From a virus (Duplodnaviria; Heunggongvirae; Uroviricota; Caudoviricetes): a DNA stretch of 64,000 nt. The DNA lies in the IMG/VR virus record IMGVR_UViG_3300032007_000008; one strand, written 5' to 3'. The notes under the pieces were generated by a model. That model did no database searches. It was not told the DNA's origin and saw nothing but the letters and a program-made list of their open reading frames with translations. A program made the position numbers and the translations under genes. Positions 21,075-30,391 of the stretch are shown here, in pieces (within the stretch, counting starts at the first letter, position 1; each line of letters starts with the position of its first letter).

Positions 21075-21674
21075 TTACAGTATGAAATTATGATTATCAA
21101 ACGTCTTGAATGCGGAATACTTTTTACTTTGCTTTTTTGTCTTTTTGGTGAAAATGCACTCTTTTGGAAGCCATGTTTTCGAAAAAAGGTCTTTTGGTTC
21201 TATTTTCCACACGTATATTCCGAATTTTGCCAAAACCCATTTACTGTTTACCCCAAAATTTCTATCTCCGCCAAATCTATTGAATGAACCTTTTACGTCT
21301 ATGTACACAACTCCGTCGTCTGGCACAAGCCTGTGGAAAATCTTGATTTTGTTGTTTTTCTGAAATTCTCTCCACTTATCAGTAAGGACGAACTTAAAGT
21401 CTGCCGTATATACATGCGGCCTCACGACAAGTTTCCCCTTTTCGTTTCTAAGACCTTCAAATAACTCAAACGAAGACGGTTGATATTCTACATCTTTCAA
21501 AAATTCAAGTTTTTCGCCCTCAAGAATCCATTCATACACGTCAGCTTCTTCATTAGAATCGAAGTTTATCCCATGGGAGACAATCGTGGATTTTGAATTT
21601 TTACCAGATTTTGCTTCCGCTTTTTCAGCGAGCGATATTATTTCTTCAGAAAAGGAATCAAAATTGTCTGTCAT
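21075..21674 (-). CDS. PD-(D/E)xK endonuclease (DUF1064-like)
   Basis: FDS.EEA, YTADF and IDVKG motifs. Confidence 0.7.
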   Translation of the reverse strand: MTDNFDSFSEEIISLAEKAEAKSGKNSKSTIVSHGINFDSNEEADVYEWILEGEKLEFLKDVEYQPSSFELFEGLRNEKGKLVVRPHVYTADFKFVLTDKWREFQKNNKIKIFHRLVPDDGVVYIDVKGSFNRFGGDRNFGVNSKWVLAKFGIYVWKIEPKDLFSKTWLPKECIFTKKTKKQSKKYSAFKTFDNHNFIL

Positions 21675-21743
21675 AATTAAATTTTACCTATTCCCATTTA
21701 TTGTGGTTTATGGTATACTTTATATAGATTAAGGAATACAATC

Positions 21744-22469
21744 ATGTCAATGCAGACAAATTTTGCGATTATCCGTAAGGATGACAGACTCTCCCTCAAT
21801 GAAAAGGATAAGAAAGTAATACAGGAAGCCCTCGATTCATATCAGAGAGACTTTGAATATGCAGTAGAAAGGGCAAAGACACTATCTACGGATTATAAGG
21901 GACTAGGAAATGTAGTTCCGCCAACAGAGCCTGACATTCCTGAATTTATCTATCTCGACGATGCTCATTGGTATAACACAATTGACAAAAGCATATGGAT
22001 AAACGTGTTTGACGAGTATTTCTCGTCGTCGTTCGACGAACTCTCCGGATATTGGAATCTTCCATACGACGGAAAGATGAGTCAATATTTCATTTCAAAG
22101 GATGAAGCAAAAGAAATCAACGTTGCTGCAAAGTATCTAGCAAATGGAAAATATGACAAGGACTTCGAGTCGCTTCTTGACAACAGGTTTATAGAGATAC
22201 TGTCCGACCTCATGCCAAATTACGGAAAACGCGGAGCGAACAAGGATGGACTATGCCTGTTCGTTGACAAGGAAGACGACGGAAGCTACAAGATTACCGA
22301 CCATAGATGGGAATGGGGGGAATGTGAAGATGAGACAGAAAGCGAAGGAAAGTATATCCTAGAGAATCTTAGCTATGTCATGGGACTTTACCTGAAGGAA
22401 CTGTCGGAATCTGTTGATTATGATGGAAAGATTCTTCGAGAAGTTAGGTTGATGTATCGCAGAACCTAA
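21744..22469 (+). CDS. hypothetical protein
   Basis: 241-aa ORF with AAGGA RBS and a TG-TATACT -10 element upstream. Confidence 0.65.
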   Translation: MSMQTNFAIIRKDDRLSLNEKDKKVIQEALDSYQRDFEYAVERAKTLSTDYKGLGNVVPPTEPDIPEFIYLDDAHWYNTIDKSIWINVFDEYFSSSFDELSGYWNLPYDGKMSQYFISKDEAKEINVAAKYLANGKYDKDFESLLDNRFIEILSDLMPNYGKRGANKDGLCLFVDKEDDGSYKITDHRWEWGECEDETESEGKYILENLSYVMGLYLKELSESVDYDGKILREVRLMYRRT

Positions 22470-22516
22470 AAATACATCATTGACAAAACGGCAATATTGT
22501 GGTATTATATACCGCG

Positions 22517-23572
22517 ATGAACAGAAAAGACTATTTGCTAAAGGCGCGTGAAACCGCCTTCAAAACGTGCCGCATGCTATATTGCGGCACAAAAAAGCCT
22601 CTTACCGAAAGCCTTATGTCGTTCGGATGGGAGTGTAGAGAAGGCTGGTACGATGTTCTTAGCGAACTGTCGTATAATCTTGAAGCACTGAACCAGACAT
22701 ATTTCGAAAAGTATGGACTGTGGATTGAGGCCGTTCAGGTAAAGGAGAAGTTCGGTACTCTTTGTTTTTACTACGACATACACGAGCGTCAGAATTTTGT
22801 GACGAAGGTTTGCACGTTTCCATTTGATGCCGTGATTCGTGCAATCCGCAAGAATGTCAGGTTCGTGAGAAAGAATGTTCTCGTCAAGCCTGGATATTCG
22901 GAAGTCGTGACGGAAAAGGTAACTGCAAAGTTCGTAAAGGACGTAAAAGACGGAAAGCGAATCCTTTCAGCGAATTCAAGAATCGAGAAGAAGGGGCGCG
23001 GCTGGATAAAGATTACGAACCTAGAACATCCGGGAACGTATAAATCTGTTCTTACGAACCATAGGATTCTCGATTGGATTTCCAAGAAATGCTCCGAGAT
23101 TTCTCTTTGGCTTTCTGAAAAACTATATGTCGAGAGTCTTGAGAGAAATGTCATACGAAAGTACATGCAGAGCATGGCAGACGAGTACATCGAAAAGGCA
23201 GAGGAAAAGTGCTTCAACACATGTGAAGTCTGTGGAACCGAAATAGGTACCGAATACTCGAAGCGAGTAAAGACGGAAGGCTGGATTTCGTACATATGCG
23301 AGAACTGTGACAAGGACCGCAAAATGGAAATTGACATGCGGACATTCTCGCTTCCGATGCCGCGTGAAATTGGCGCAAATGCGAAAAAGGAATACGATTC
23401 GCTTTGCAAAAAGGCGTATGATGCGAGGAATAAGGTGAAAACGCTGAAGGAATCTGGAAAATATGTGGAGCGAAAGGTCTACGACAGTTTACAGAAGACG
23501 ATACACGAATGTTCGGAAAAGGCGGCTTCAATCATAAAGAACGCGGAGAAGAAAAATGCGAATAGGCACTAA
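22517..23572 (+). CDS. conserved phage hypothetical protein with Zn ribbon
   Basis: GW..., QVKEKFGTL.FY, CEVCG and CENC motifs. Confidence 0.65.
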   Translation: MNRKDYLLKARETAFKTCRMLYCGTKKPLTESLMSFGWECREGWYDVLSELSYNLEALNQTYFEKYGLWIEAVQVKEKFGTLCFYYDIHERQNFVTKVCTFPFDAVIRAIRKNVRFVRKNVLVKPGYSEVVTEKVTAKFVKDVKDGKRILSANSRIEKKGRGWIKITNLEHPGTYKSVLTNHRILDWISKKCSEISLWLSEKLYVESLERNVIRKYMQSMADEYIEKAEEKCFNTCEVCGTEIGTEYSKRVKTEGWISYICENCDKDRKMEIDMRTFSLPMPREIGANAKKEYDSLCKKAYDARNKVKTLKESGKYVERKVYDSLQKTIHECSEKAASIIKNAEKKNANRH

Positions 23573-24257
23573 TCCAGTAAAGCTTGTATATGGCGTAGTT
23601 GGAACTCAGAACACAGGAAAATCCACTTTCATTTCCGATGTAATAGCCGATTCCGAGACACGGACGGATAAGATGCTTCGATTCAAAAGCAGCGTCGTTG
23701 ACTATCGCGCCAAGATTCAGTCCCTTGGACTTGAGATAAACAGAAACGGAAACGAAGAGTGCCAAAAGATAATATTCGACACACTGTACGACAACGTTAT
23801 CTCATGTTCGAAAAAGACCGAAACCATGAGAACCATACTCGACAGAACGCCTCTGGATGCATTTGTGTATACGCTATGGCACAATGTGTATGGAACGAAT
23901 TGCATAAGTGACGAATGTATCGATGACATGTGGGACAAAACGGTATATTCGATGAGGATGCTGGACAGGATTATATGGATTCCTTTGAGAATGTGCGATG
24001 ATGTGGAGGTTGTCGATGACAAGTTTCGCGACACGAACCTTGATTACAGAAGACAGATTGATGAACTCTTCAACATGTGTTTGAGGATATTGCATTTCAA
24101 CTGCAAGATGGGGCAGATTTCATCGGTGTACGGTAGCCGTGAGACGCGAGTGCATGTATTGAACGTTTTTGAGGAAAACGACGCTTTGCAGAAAAATTCG
24201 TCAATTATCTCGTATGATGCCATACGGGAAATGATAAAGAACAGTGAGAAAAGGTAA
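23556..24257 (+). CDS. P-loop kinase (AAA_28/NadR-like nucleotide kinase)
   Basis: Walker A GTQNTGKST; DRTPLD; DDKFR lid. Confidence 0.75.
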   Translation: MRIGTNPVKLVYGVVGTQNTGKSTFISDVIADSETRTDKMLRFKSSVVDYRAKIQSLGLEINRNGNEECQKIIFDTLYDNVISCSKKTETMRTILDRTPLDAFVYTLWHNVYGTNCISDECIDDMWDKTVYSMRMLDRIIWIPLRMCDDVEVVDDKFRDTNLDYRRQIDELFNMCLRILHFNCKMGQISSVYGSRETRVHVLNVFEENDALQKNSSIISYDAIREMIKNSEKR

Positions 24258-24264
24258 AATAAAA

Positions 24265-25122
24265 ATGGCTGAAATCGACAATTTCAAGATTATTCGAAAC
24301 CTTCTGGAGTTTAGGCTGAATACCGATAGGTATGTTCTTCATATTTTGCGTCGTCCGAAGGATTGCAAGAGCGAAGGTTTCGAAAACACACTTGGGAGTA
24401 ATGAAAAGCAGAGACTGCTCCGAACATACTATATCAATTCGGTAGACTACTTCGACAGTAAAGAGACTGCCGTGAAGGAACTTTGCCGTATAAACAATGC
24501 ACGTGCATACATCATACCACAGGTACGAAACAACAAGACGTGCATGACGAATCTTCTGAGGATTACAATCGACAATCTCGAAAATCCGACAATAAAGCCT
24601 GAGCATCTCATAAGGGCTGCATATTGTGGAAAGGGTTCCACGACAGGTATCGACAAAGACCGCAAACGTTGGGTAGTTGACATAGATAGCGACAATATGC
24701 AGGGATTTAGCGTAAGTTCCATTCGAATGGCAATCTATGATAGCTTGGCAAAATCGAAAAGAGGAGATGCGGCAGTTTACGAACTTCCGACCAAAAACGG
24801 AATGCATTTCATAACACAGCCGTTTGACGTTAAATACGCAAGCAGCAAGTGTTTTATGCTGTTCAGCGATACAAAAAGCGGAATTGACCGTGAATTGGCT
24901 GCTGATTTTCTGAAAGAACACAAATGGAATGACGATATCATCAGTTCAATTCCTGAAAATCCATTCGAAATAGAAGGATTTTTCATAAATTTGCTTAAGA
25001 AGAATTCGATACCTGTAAATACCTTGCTTGGACAATTCAGAGAACGATGCAAAAAGACTTTTACAGGATGGCTTCATAAAACAGGAATGACTCTTTTATA
25101 CACGACAAAGGAAAATACATGA
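24265..25122 (+). CDS. putative AEP (primase-polymerase)-like protein
   Basis: WVVDID (DxD) and PTKNGMH (sxxGxH) motifs. Confidence 0.45.
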   Translation: MAEIDNFKIIRNLLEFRLNTDRYVLHILRRPKDCKSEGFENTLGSNEKQRLLRTYYINSVDYFDSKETAVKELCRINNARAYIIPQVRNNKTCMTNLLRITIDNLENPTIKPEHLIRAAYCGKGSTTGIDKDRKRWVVDIDSDNMQGFSVSSIRMAIYDSLAKSKRGDAAVYELPTKNGMHFITQPFDVKYASSKCFMLFSDTKSGIDRELAADFLKEHKWNDDIISSIPENPFEIEGFFINLLKKNSIPVNTLLGQFRERCKKTFTGWLHKTGMTLLYTTKENT

Positions 25123-25856
25123 ACGAAAACACACAAAACGGAATGATGGCGAATCCCGCACAACCGCCTCCTCAGCAGGAAAAGCCTGTAGGATGGGAAG
25201 ACTCGACGATAAAGAAATTCGTAGAAAACGAATATGCTTTAATGGACAAGAAGTGGCAGGAGCAGTACGATAAGGAGACGGACGAGAAAAGGCGCGAATC
25301 GCTGAAGGCAAACAAGGAGTATGGAAAAGTTGTCCACGATTGCGTCACACAGCTTCTAAAGCTGATGTTCGAGCAGGGGCATTCAGAGCTTTCCGCAGGA
25401 TTCACTCTCGCCGAGTTTTCCCGTTTGTCCAAGTTCAAGCCGCTTTCTCCGCTAACAGGAGAAGACGACGAGTGGCAGGATGTATATGAAAATAATGGGA
25501 AGACCATTCAGCAGAACAAGAGATGTTTCAGCATTTTCCGTGAAAAGGGGGACAACTCCACCGCAGAAAATTCAGAGGGTGTCGCATTCTCCGATGATGA
25601 AGGAAAGACGTGGTACACGAACTCCCATTCGAGAGTGAAGGTTTCTTTCCCATATTCCGTGCCTGATGAAATAGCAAGGAAAATCATAACAAAGGAAGAG
25701 AAAGAGGCAATGGACAAAGCTGATGAAGAAGCATGGAATGCATTCATCAAGGAGCATCCTGAATATGTCGAAAAGCTTCGTGCGATGAGACAGGAGCGTC
25801 CAAATGTTGATAATGGCGAAATGCCAAAGGCGAGCGAGGGGGCTAATGCCAACTGA
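25119..25856 (+). CDS. conserved phage hypothetical protein
   Basis: QGHS..SA, PLSPLTGEDDEW and QNKRC motifs. Confidence 0.6.
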   Translation: MNENTQNGMMANPAQPPPQQEKPVGWEDSTIKKFVENEYALMDKKWQEQYDKETDEKRRESLKANKEYGKVVHDCVTQLLKLMFEQGHSELSAGFTLAEFSRLSKFKPLSPLTGEDDEWQDVYENNGKTIQQNKRCFSIFREKGDNSTAENSEGVAFSDDEGKTWYTNSHSRVKVSFPYSVPDEIARKIITKEEKEAMDKADEEAWNAFIKEHPEYVEKLRAMRQERPNVDNGEMPKASEGANAN

Positions 25857-26136
25857 CATGTCGATAGGTCTTCGACCGTCGAAAAATCATCTTTTGGTAA
25901 AAAGAGTTTCTGTAGAGGAAACAGTGGGGGGAACGAATTTCGTTCTCCCCAAGGATTTCCATCAGAAACCGATGAAGTGCGTTGTCGTTGACATTGGCGA
26001 TGAGCATCTCGATACTGGGATGGAGTTAAAGGTTGGAGATACCATTCTGCTGCCGAAATATGGGAGCACGAAAGTTATAAAAGATAATGAAGAGTATCAT
26101 CTTTGCCATATAGATGATATAATTGGAATTTTATGA
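25846..26136 (+). CDS. groES: co-chaperonin GroES
   Basis: LRP...LLVKR, VVDIG, LKVGDTILLPKYG and DDIIGIL. Confidence 0.85.
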   Translation: MPTDMSIGLRPSKNHLLVKRVSVEETVGGTNFVLPKDFHQKPMKCVVVDIGDEHLDTGMELKVGDTILLPKYGSTKVIKDNEEYHLCHIDDIIGIL

Positions 26137-26744
26137 AAAACGACGAAAAGAACAAGCCATCCAATACAGTCTCCAACGAGCAGGCGGCAGAGCCAATAGA
26201 AAAGAACTGCACAAACTATGTAGACGGGAATAGCGTTTTTATTCTTGGAGCATTTGACGATACTATATCTAAGAACATCGTGCCAAACCTTGTAAAGATT
26301 ATAAATCAGCAAAAATCCCTAAAAAATGGAAAAATTGATTTTTATATCAATTCATATGGCGGGTATTGCTCTGAGCTGTACAGCATATTGTCTTTGGTCT
26401 CGCTTGCCAAATCAAACGGAATAAAGATAAACACGTTTAACATGGGTATTGCATATAGCTGTGCAAGCATACTTTCAGTAGTCGGAGATGAGAGAAAGAT
26501 GTTTAAATGCGCAAAGAATCTCATGCATTTGGGAGAAACCTTTTCTTCAAGCTCGACCTTTATGCAATTGGACAGAAATCACAAGAGGCAGAAAGACCAT
26601 TTCAACAACATAGTCTCAATGTATGCCGCGCACACTAAGCTTACTGAAAAGAAAATACGTGAGCTTATGTCTGATAATTGCTGCTATCTAAACTCAAACG
26701 AATGCTTGAAATTTGGACTTGTTGATGAAGTTTGCGATTGTTAA
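26133..26744 (+). CDS. clpP: ClpP-like serine protease
   Basis: FYINSYGG, AYSCAS (catalytic Ser), LMH and ECLKFGLVD. Confidence 0.8.
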   Translation: MKNDEKNKPSNTVSNEQAAEPIEKNCTNYVDGNSVFILGAFDDTISKNIVPNLVKIINQQKSLKNGKIDFYINSYGGYCSELYSILSLVSLAKSNGIKINTFNMGIAYSCASILSVVGDERKMFKCAKNLMHLGETFSSSSTFMQLDRNHKRQKDHFNNIVSMYAAHTKLTEKKIRELMSDNCCYLNSNECLKFGLVDEVCDC

Positions 26745-26755
26745 AAAAATACCAT

Positions 26756-26783
26756 TGCATTATTCTTACTGTTGTGATATAAT
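26756..26783 (+). promoter_or_regulatory. sigma70-type promoter
   Basis: TTGCAT...TGATATAAT. The same TTGC...TG-N-TATAAT form recurs at about 14566, 27182, 29442, 34855, 39176, 41536 and 45865, and at 61516 on the minus strand. Confidence 0.6.
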
Positions 26784-27078
26784 AGTCGGCGTTTTCGGAA
26801 ATTCTTTAGTCGTTAGACGAAAAAAAAGTTCGAAGACTAAATAGGAACTGCAAATGAAGAAAGTACAACATAGTTTTATGACAGCATGCGGCGTCAGAGA
26901 GTCCACGAAAGCGGATTCGTTCGGACGCTTTGTGCAGGGACTGCTTTCTTCAGATATTGCATCCAAGGCATATGCAATAGGCGAAAGGGGCTTCTGATTA
27001 GGAATGGGATAAAGGTATAAAATAGTTCCACCAAAATCAGAAGCCGAATCCGAAAGGGTTCGGCTTAACTGTTGAAGA

Positions 27079-27154
27079 GGAGGTGTCGTATAGCCGGTCT
27101 GTACAGTGGACTGAAAATCCATCGGTGTTGGTTCGACCCCAACCGCCTCCACCA
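27079..27154 (+). tRNA. tRNA-Phe(GAA)
   Basis: Cloverleaf, loop ctGAAaa, ACCA end. Confidence 0.9.
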
Positions 27155-27181
27155 AAAGAGAAAGAAACTCTATAAAACTTG

Positions 27182-27274
27182 TTGCGGCAAAATGCCAAGT
27201 GTGGTATAATGGTCGCCGTAGCTGAAAAAAAAAGGCGAAAGCCTTTAGCTCTTTGACAATTGAATGTAGATGAC
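27182..27274 (+). promoter_or_regulatory. rrn-like promoter/leader: -35/-10, GC-rich discriminator, hairpin, boxA
   Basis: TTGCGG...TGGTATAAT-GGTCGCC; GGCGAAAGCC hairpin; GCTCTTTGACAAT boxA-like sequence. Confidence 0.75.
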
Positions 27275-27383
27275 TAGGGTTTAACGACCCTATGGAGAAG
27301 AAACATGGGTTTCTTCCGTCCGAAGTCCACAATGATTCGGAACATTCTTTGTCGTTCGGTTGCGGTAACGCAACCGACGAAAT

Positions 27384-27470
27384 GGAGGGTTGTTCGAATG
27401 GTAAGGAGCCGGTCTTGAAAACCGGTGGATGTAAAAAGTCTTGGGGGTTCGAGTCCCTCACCCTCCGCCA
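27384..27470 (+). tRNA. tRNA-Ser(TGA)
   Basis: Long variable arm, ctTGAaa, GCCA end. Confidence 0.92.
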
Positions 27471-27752
27471 TTGCATGTACGCCGATGAGGAGTAAAACTC
27501 AGTGCGCTTAATGTCAAACGATAGCTCAGTGACGAGAGTAGAGGTAACTCGTTCGGTCATTCACCATGATGGAAGGTTGGTTGGTGATGCGTCTTAGGAC
27601 GTAAGCCCATTCCCTTGCAGAGTTCAAGTCCTGCCAATGAGTGCGCACCCGAAATATTTTAGGGGATACATAGAACAGACGCGGAAAGGTCCGCGAAGCC
27701 TGTGCGAAATAAATAAGATATGCAGCAGGTCCCATTCGGAGGTCGGCATGCC

Positions 27753-27846
27753 AGACTCGTCAACTGCAATCCATAACCGCACTAGTGTGCTCCATACGTG
27801 AATCTGTCGGTAAACACATAAAATATAGACCGTCAAGCGAGTCTAG
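27753..27846 (+). ncRNA. CAGCAA-scaffold RNA (CTGCAA variant)
   Basis: AGACTCG...CGAGTCT-AG closing stem and ACTGCAA. Confidence 0.5.
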
Positions 27847-27855
27847 TTTCTTTTA

Positions 27856-27922
27856 AAGGCGCATACAGCAACAATATTTTATGCAATTGTTAGGGAACAG
27901 TCAAGCACAAAAACGCGCCTTG
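27856..27922 (+). ncRNA. CAGCAA-scaffold RNA with hairpin payload (GGG-containing loop)
   Basis: AAGGCGC-ata-CAGCAA...GCGCCTT-G. Confidence 0.65.
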
Positions 27923-27927
27923 GTAAT

Positions 27928-28010
27928 GGGATTATGGCGGAATTGGCATACGCAGCAGTTTGAGGGACTGTCCCTTTTGGGTGAGAGTTCGAATCTCTCT
28001 AATCCCACCA
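27928..28010 (+). tRNA. tRNA-Leu(GAG)
   Basis: Cloverleaf, ttGAGgg, ACCA end. Confidence 0.9.
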
Positions 28011-28014
28011 CAGA

Positions 28015-28099
28015 GCGGAATTGATGGAATTGGTAGACTTGGCGTCTTCAGACGGCGTTGCCAAATGGCGTATTGGTTCGAATCCAATATTCCGCACCA
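28015..28099 (+). tRNA. tRNA-Leu(CAG)
   Basis: Cloverleaf, ttCAGac, ACCA end. Confidence 0.9.
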
Positions 28100-28106
28100 C
28101 AAAGAT

Positions 28107-28183
28107 GCATCAATAGCTCAATCGGCCAGAGTACCTCCTTGCCATGGAGGATGTTACGGGTTCGAGTCCCGTTTGGTGCTCCA
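28107..28183 (+). tRNA. tRNA-Gly(GCC)
   Basis: Cloverleaf, ttGCCat, TCCA end. Confidence 0.92.
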
Positions 28184-28195
28184 CAATTTACGATT

Positions 28196-28308
28196 TAGAT
28201 GCGCACAGCGACTTTCATATCACGGTTTGTTTAGGTTCGACTCCTAAAGGCGATTCGGAGAAATCCGAGCGTGGAAGCGGTTCGATTGAGAACCGGCTCC
28301 GCATCTAG
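28196..28308 (+). ncRNA. CAGCAA-scaffold RNA with degenerate permuted tRNA (CAT-like loop)
   Basis: TAGATGCG-ca-CAGCGA...CGCATCTA-G; T arm TTAGG-TTCGACT-CCTAA; GAAA-capped hairpin. Confidence 0.6.
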
Positions 28309-28312
28309 CTTT

Positions 28313-28388
28313 GGGGACTTGGTAGAGCGGCTTCATATGCCTCACTGTCTATGAGGCGAGACGGGTTCAACCCCCGTAGTCCCCGCCA
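28313..28388 (+). tRNA. tRNA-Asp(GTC)
   Basis: Cloverleaf, ctGTCta, GCCA end. Confidence 0.88.
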
Positions 28389-28541
28389 TTCTAAACCGCA
28401 TTTGGCCAATGCGGAGCAAACGGCACCCCTGAGAGGTGGGCATCCGTGGAGAAATGCGGCTGGCGGTCTCATGAACCGCTTGTCTTCTCCTTGCCGGGGT
28501 AAGAGTCCTCACAATCTTCTCTGTTTCTTGTGATACTGAAT

Positions 28542-28618
28542 ACGGACTTGGTATATGTGGATTTGTGCCTCGGTCTCCAAAACCGAAGGAGCTTGTTCGA
28601 CTCAAGCAGTCCGTGCCA
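28542..28618 (+). tRNA. tRNA-Trp(CCA)
   Basis: Cloverleaf, ctCCAaa, GCCA end. Confidence 0.88.
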
Positions 28619-28626
28619 ATTCAAAT

Positions 28627-28700
28627 GGGCCGGTGATGTAATGGTAGCATGCGACCTTTGCAAGGTTGATGTCGGGGTTCGAATCCCCACGTGTCCACCA
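28627..28700 (+). tRNA. tRNA-Ala(TGC)
   Basis: ttTGCaa, G3.U70, ACCA end; irregular acceptor stem. Confidence 0.85.
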
Positions 28701-28908
28701 ACTTAGGCTAAAGCCTTGCTGTCATGTGCTTCTGCATGACAGCTCAATAGTAAATCAGGAGCTGGTGGAGGACTCCATGCTCAACCTCGCAATCGCGAGG
28801 AACCCGCGTTTCGCTCTTCCTTCGGGTTTAAATGAGGCAAAGAGCTGGTAGCAAACGTTGTCCTAAAGTTCGGAGGCCGTTGTAAGATTCGGCGAGAAAG
28901 GACGATAT

Positions 28909-29003
28909 TTTAGCCGTTGTCGGGGTTCGAATCCCATCGATGCCGAAAGCGAAAGCAGGCTCGTAATCATGCAGTGCGCATGAAGGAGGTATCAACGGCT
29001 AAA
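28909..29003 (+). ncRNA. structured RNA with T arm inside an 11-bp closing stem
   Basis: TTTAGCCGTTG...CAACGGCTAAA enclosing GGG-TTCGAAT-CCC. Confidence 0.5.
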
Positions 29004-29130
29004 GATTTTTTCTGCGGTCGAGTTCTGATATTCAAATATCATTCAAAAACACTCGCCAAAAAACGTCGGAAGCGAGACTAGGAGTTAGCGTCGAAATACG
29101 TGCGTCGGACGACAAGCTTCACTTTGAAAT

Positions 29131-29204
29131 GGGCCGCTAGTTCAGTGGTAGAACATCCCGTTCGCAACGGGAAAACCTGAGTTCGATTCTCAGCGTGTCC
29201 ACCA
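29131..29204 (+). tRNA. tRNA-Ala(CGC)
   Basis: ttCGCaa, G3.U70, ACCA end. Confidence 0.85.
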
Positions 29205-29212
29205 TTCTCATT

Positions 29213-29295
29213 GCTTCGGTAATTCCATAACGGGGAATGTCAATCCCACCCAGTAATGGAGGATTGAATCAGTTCGTAACTGTATCGGGGCTCCA
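29213..29295 (+). ncRNA. atypical tRNA-like RNA with CCA end and extended anticodon arm
   Basis: GCTTCGGT/ATCGGGGC acceptor + TCCA; ATTCC/GGAAT D stem; TCAATCC/GGATTGA arm. Confidence 0.55.
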
Positions 29296-29302
29296 ATTTA
29301 AT

Positions 29303-29376
29303 GGGCCGATAGTTCAGTGGTAGAATGCTTCAATGGCATTGAAGAGATGGCGGTTCGATTCCGCCCGTGTCCACCA
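29303..29376 (+). tRNA. tRNA-Ala(GGC)
   Basis: atGGCat, G3.U70, ACCA end. Confidence 0.85.
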
Positions 29377-29441
29377 TTCGGAGATGGCTGTGTTCTCAAC
29401 AGTCAACTGCGGCATCTCCGAAAAATTTTTCAAAAAACTGG

Positions 29442-29521
29442 TTGCGAAAAACGCAGTCATGTGCTATAATAGGCGGCGTTTCCGAAAGGAAGCTGGTTCT
29501 TTGACAATTGAATGTAGATGA
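29442..29521 (+). promoter_or_regulatory. second rrn-like promoter/leader with boxA
   Basis: TTGCGA...TGCTATAAT-AGGCGGCG; TTCCGAAAGGAA hairpin; GTTCTTTGACAATTGAATGTAGATGA, nearly identical to the first leader. Confidence 0.75.
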
Positions 29522-29525
29522 AGAC

Positions 29526-29591
29526 GGGTGTGTAGCTCAAGAAGAGCGTTCGTCTGAAAGATGTGGGTGTGAAATCCCACTACACTCACCA
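29526..29591 (+). ncRNA. anticodon-arm-truncated tRNA-like RNA with CCA
   Basis: GGGTGTG/TACACTC acceptor + ACCA, D arm and T arm; only TTC-gtct-GAA where the anticodon arm should be. Confidence 0.6.
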
Positions 29592-29666
29592 TGCGGAGTA
29601 TAGCAACGGTAGCTAATCAGCCTCATAAGCTGAAGGTCGGTGGTTCGACTCCACCCTCCGCTACCA
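29592..29666 (+). tRNA. tRNA-Met(CAT), initiator-like 1:72 mismatch
   Basis: ctCATaa; T1:T72 mismatch, but lacks the three G-C pairs of the initiator anticodon stem. Confidence 0.8.
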
Positions 29667-29741
29667 AGGAGGCCACAGCGCGGCATTAAGTTGCCGTTTC
29701 ATTAGTTTGCGTTATCATGCTCGCCGTAAGCTCTGTTAGAT

Positions 29742-29819
29742 AGGAGCGTAGCTCAGCCCGGTGAGAGCAGCATCCTTATAAGTTGTTGGTCGGTGGTTCA
29801 AATCCACTCGCTCCTACCA
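29742..29819 (+). tRNA. tRNA-Ile(TAT)
   Basis: Cloverleaf, ctTATaa, ACCA end. Confidence 0.8.
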
Positions 29820-29822
29820 AAT

Positions 29823-29898
29823 AGTCCTGTAAGCTAATTGGATAAACTTCAAGGCTACGAACCTTGTATTCCGGGTTCAAGTCCCGGTGGGACTGCCA
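29823..29898 (+). tRNA. tRNA-Arg(ACG)
   Basis: ctACGaa, GCCA end. Confidence 0.9.
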
Positions 29899-29905
29899 TT
29901 GCCGA

Positions 29906-30027
29906 AAGACGCACACAGCAATTCAACTTCTAAAATTCACTGTTAATGAAAAGGCGTGGGTTCGAATCCCGCAACCGCACGGCAAAGCGGTTTAGCTTAG
30001 TGGTAGAGCTTTAAAGAAGGCGTCTAG
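29906..30027 (+). ncRNA. CAGCAA-scaffold RNA carrying circularly permuted tRNA-Asn(GTT)
   Basis: AGACGC-aca-CAGCAA; anticodon arm ctGTTaa, T arm, 3' acceptor AACCGC, linker, 5' acceptor GCGGTT, D arm; GCGTCT-AG. Confidence 0.8.
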
Positions 30028-30263
30028 TTATTTAATTTCATGCAACGGCTGCTGTATCGATGATTTGCAGAATTCAAAGTTCTGTCAACAGACAATGACG
30101 CAATAATCGATATGGTTTTAACAGCGAAAGCCTTTGCAGACTTGCAACCGCCGAGGCAGATGGAGGCGGCGGACGATGGAGGGGTGTCGCTCACCCCGTT
30201 ATCCGTATGAACCATTGGGAGTGCTGCGTCCCGCTCAGCCCGTCGAAGACGGACAACGCAGAT

Positions 30264-30379
30264 AAGTCACATGCAGCAATTAAAATTCTCCACCATTTGG
30301 GGAAATAGCATAATTGGTTAGTGCGTCCGTCGAAAGGCGGAAGGTTCTGGTTCGAATCCAGATTTAAATTGGTGACTTG
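30264..30379 (+). ncRNA. CAGCAA-scaffold RNA carrying permuted, anticodon-less tRNA with Ala identity
   Basis: AAGTCAC-atg-CAGCAA; TTCTCC-ACCA precedes GGGGAAA; D arm; TCCGTC-GAAA-GGCGGA; T arm; GTGACTT-G. Confidence 0.75.
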
Positions 30380-30391
30380 TTTTCAATCTTT

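Noticed and set aside
26853-26998. 47-codon ORF (MKKVQHSFMTACG...) ahead of tRNA-Phe as a leader peptide/attenuator
   Set aside because: It has a possible RBS and a downstream hairpin, but no amino-acid run or other support; it cannot be distinguished from non-coding leader.
28701-28905. Possible RNase P RNA
   Set aside because: It lacks the GAGGAAAGUCC and AGAA...GGCUUA P4 signatures and is too short.
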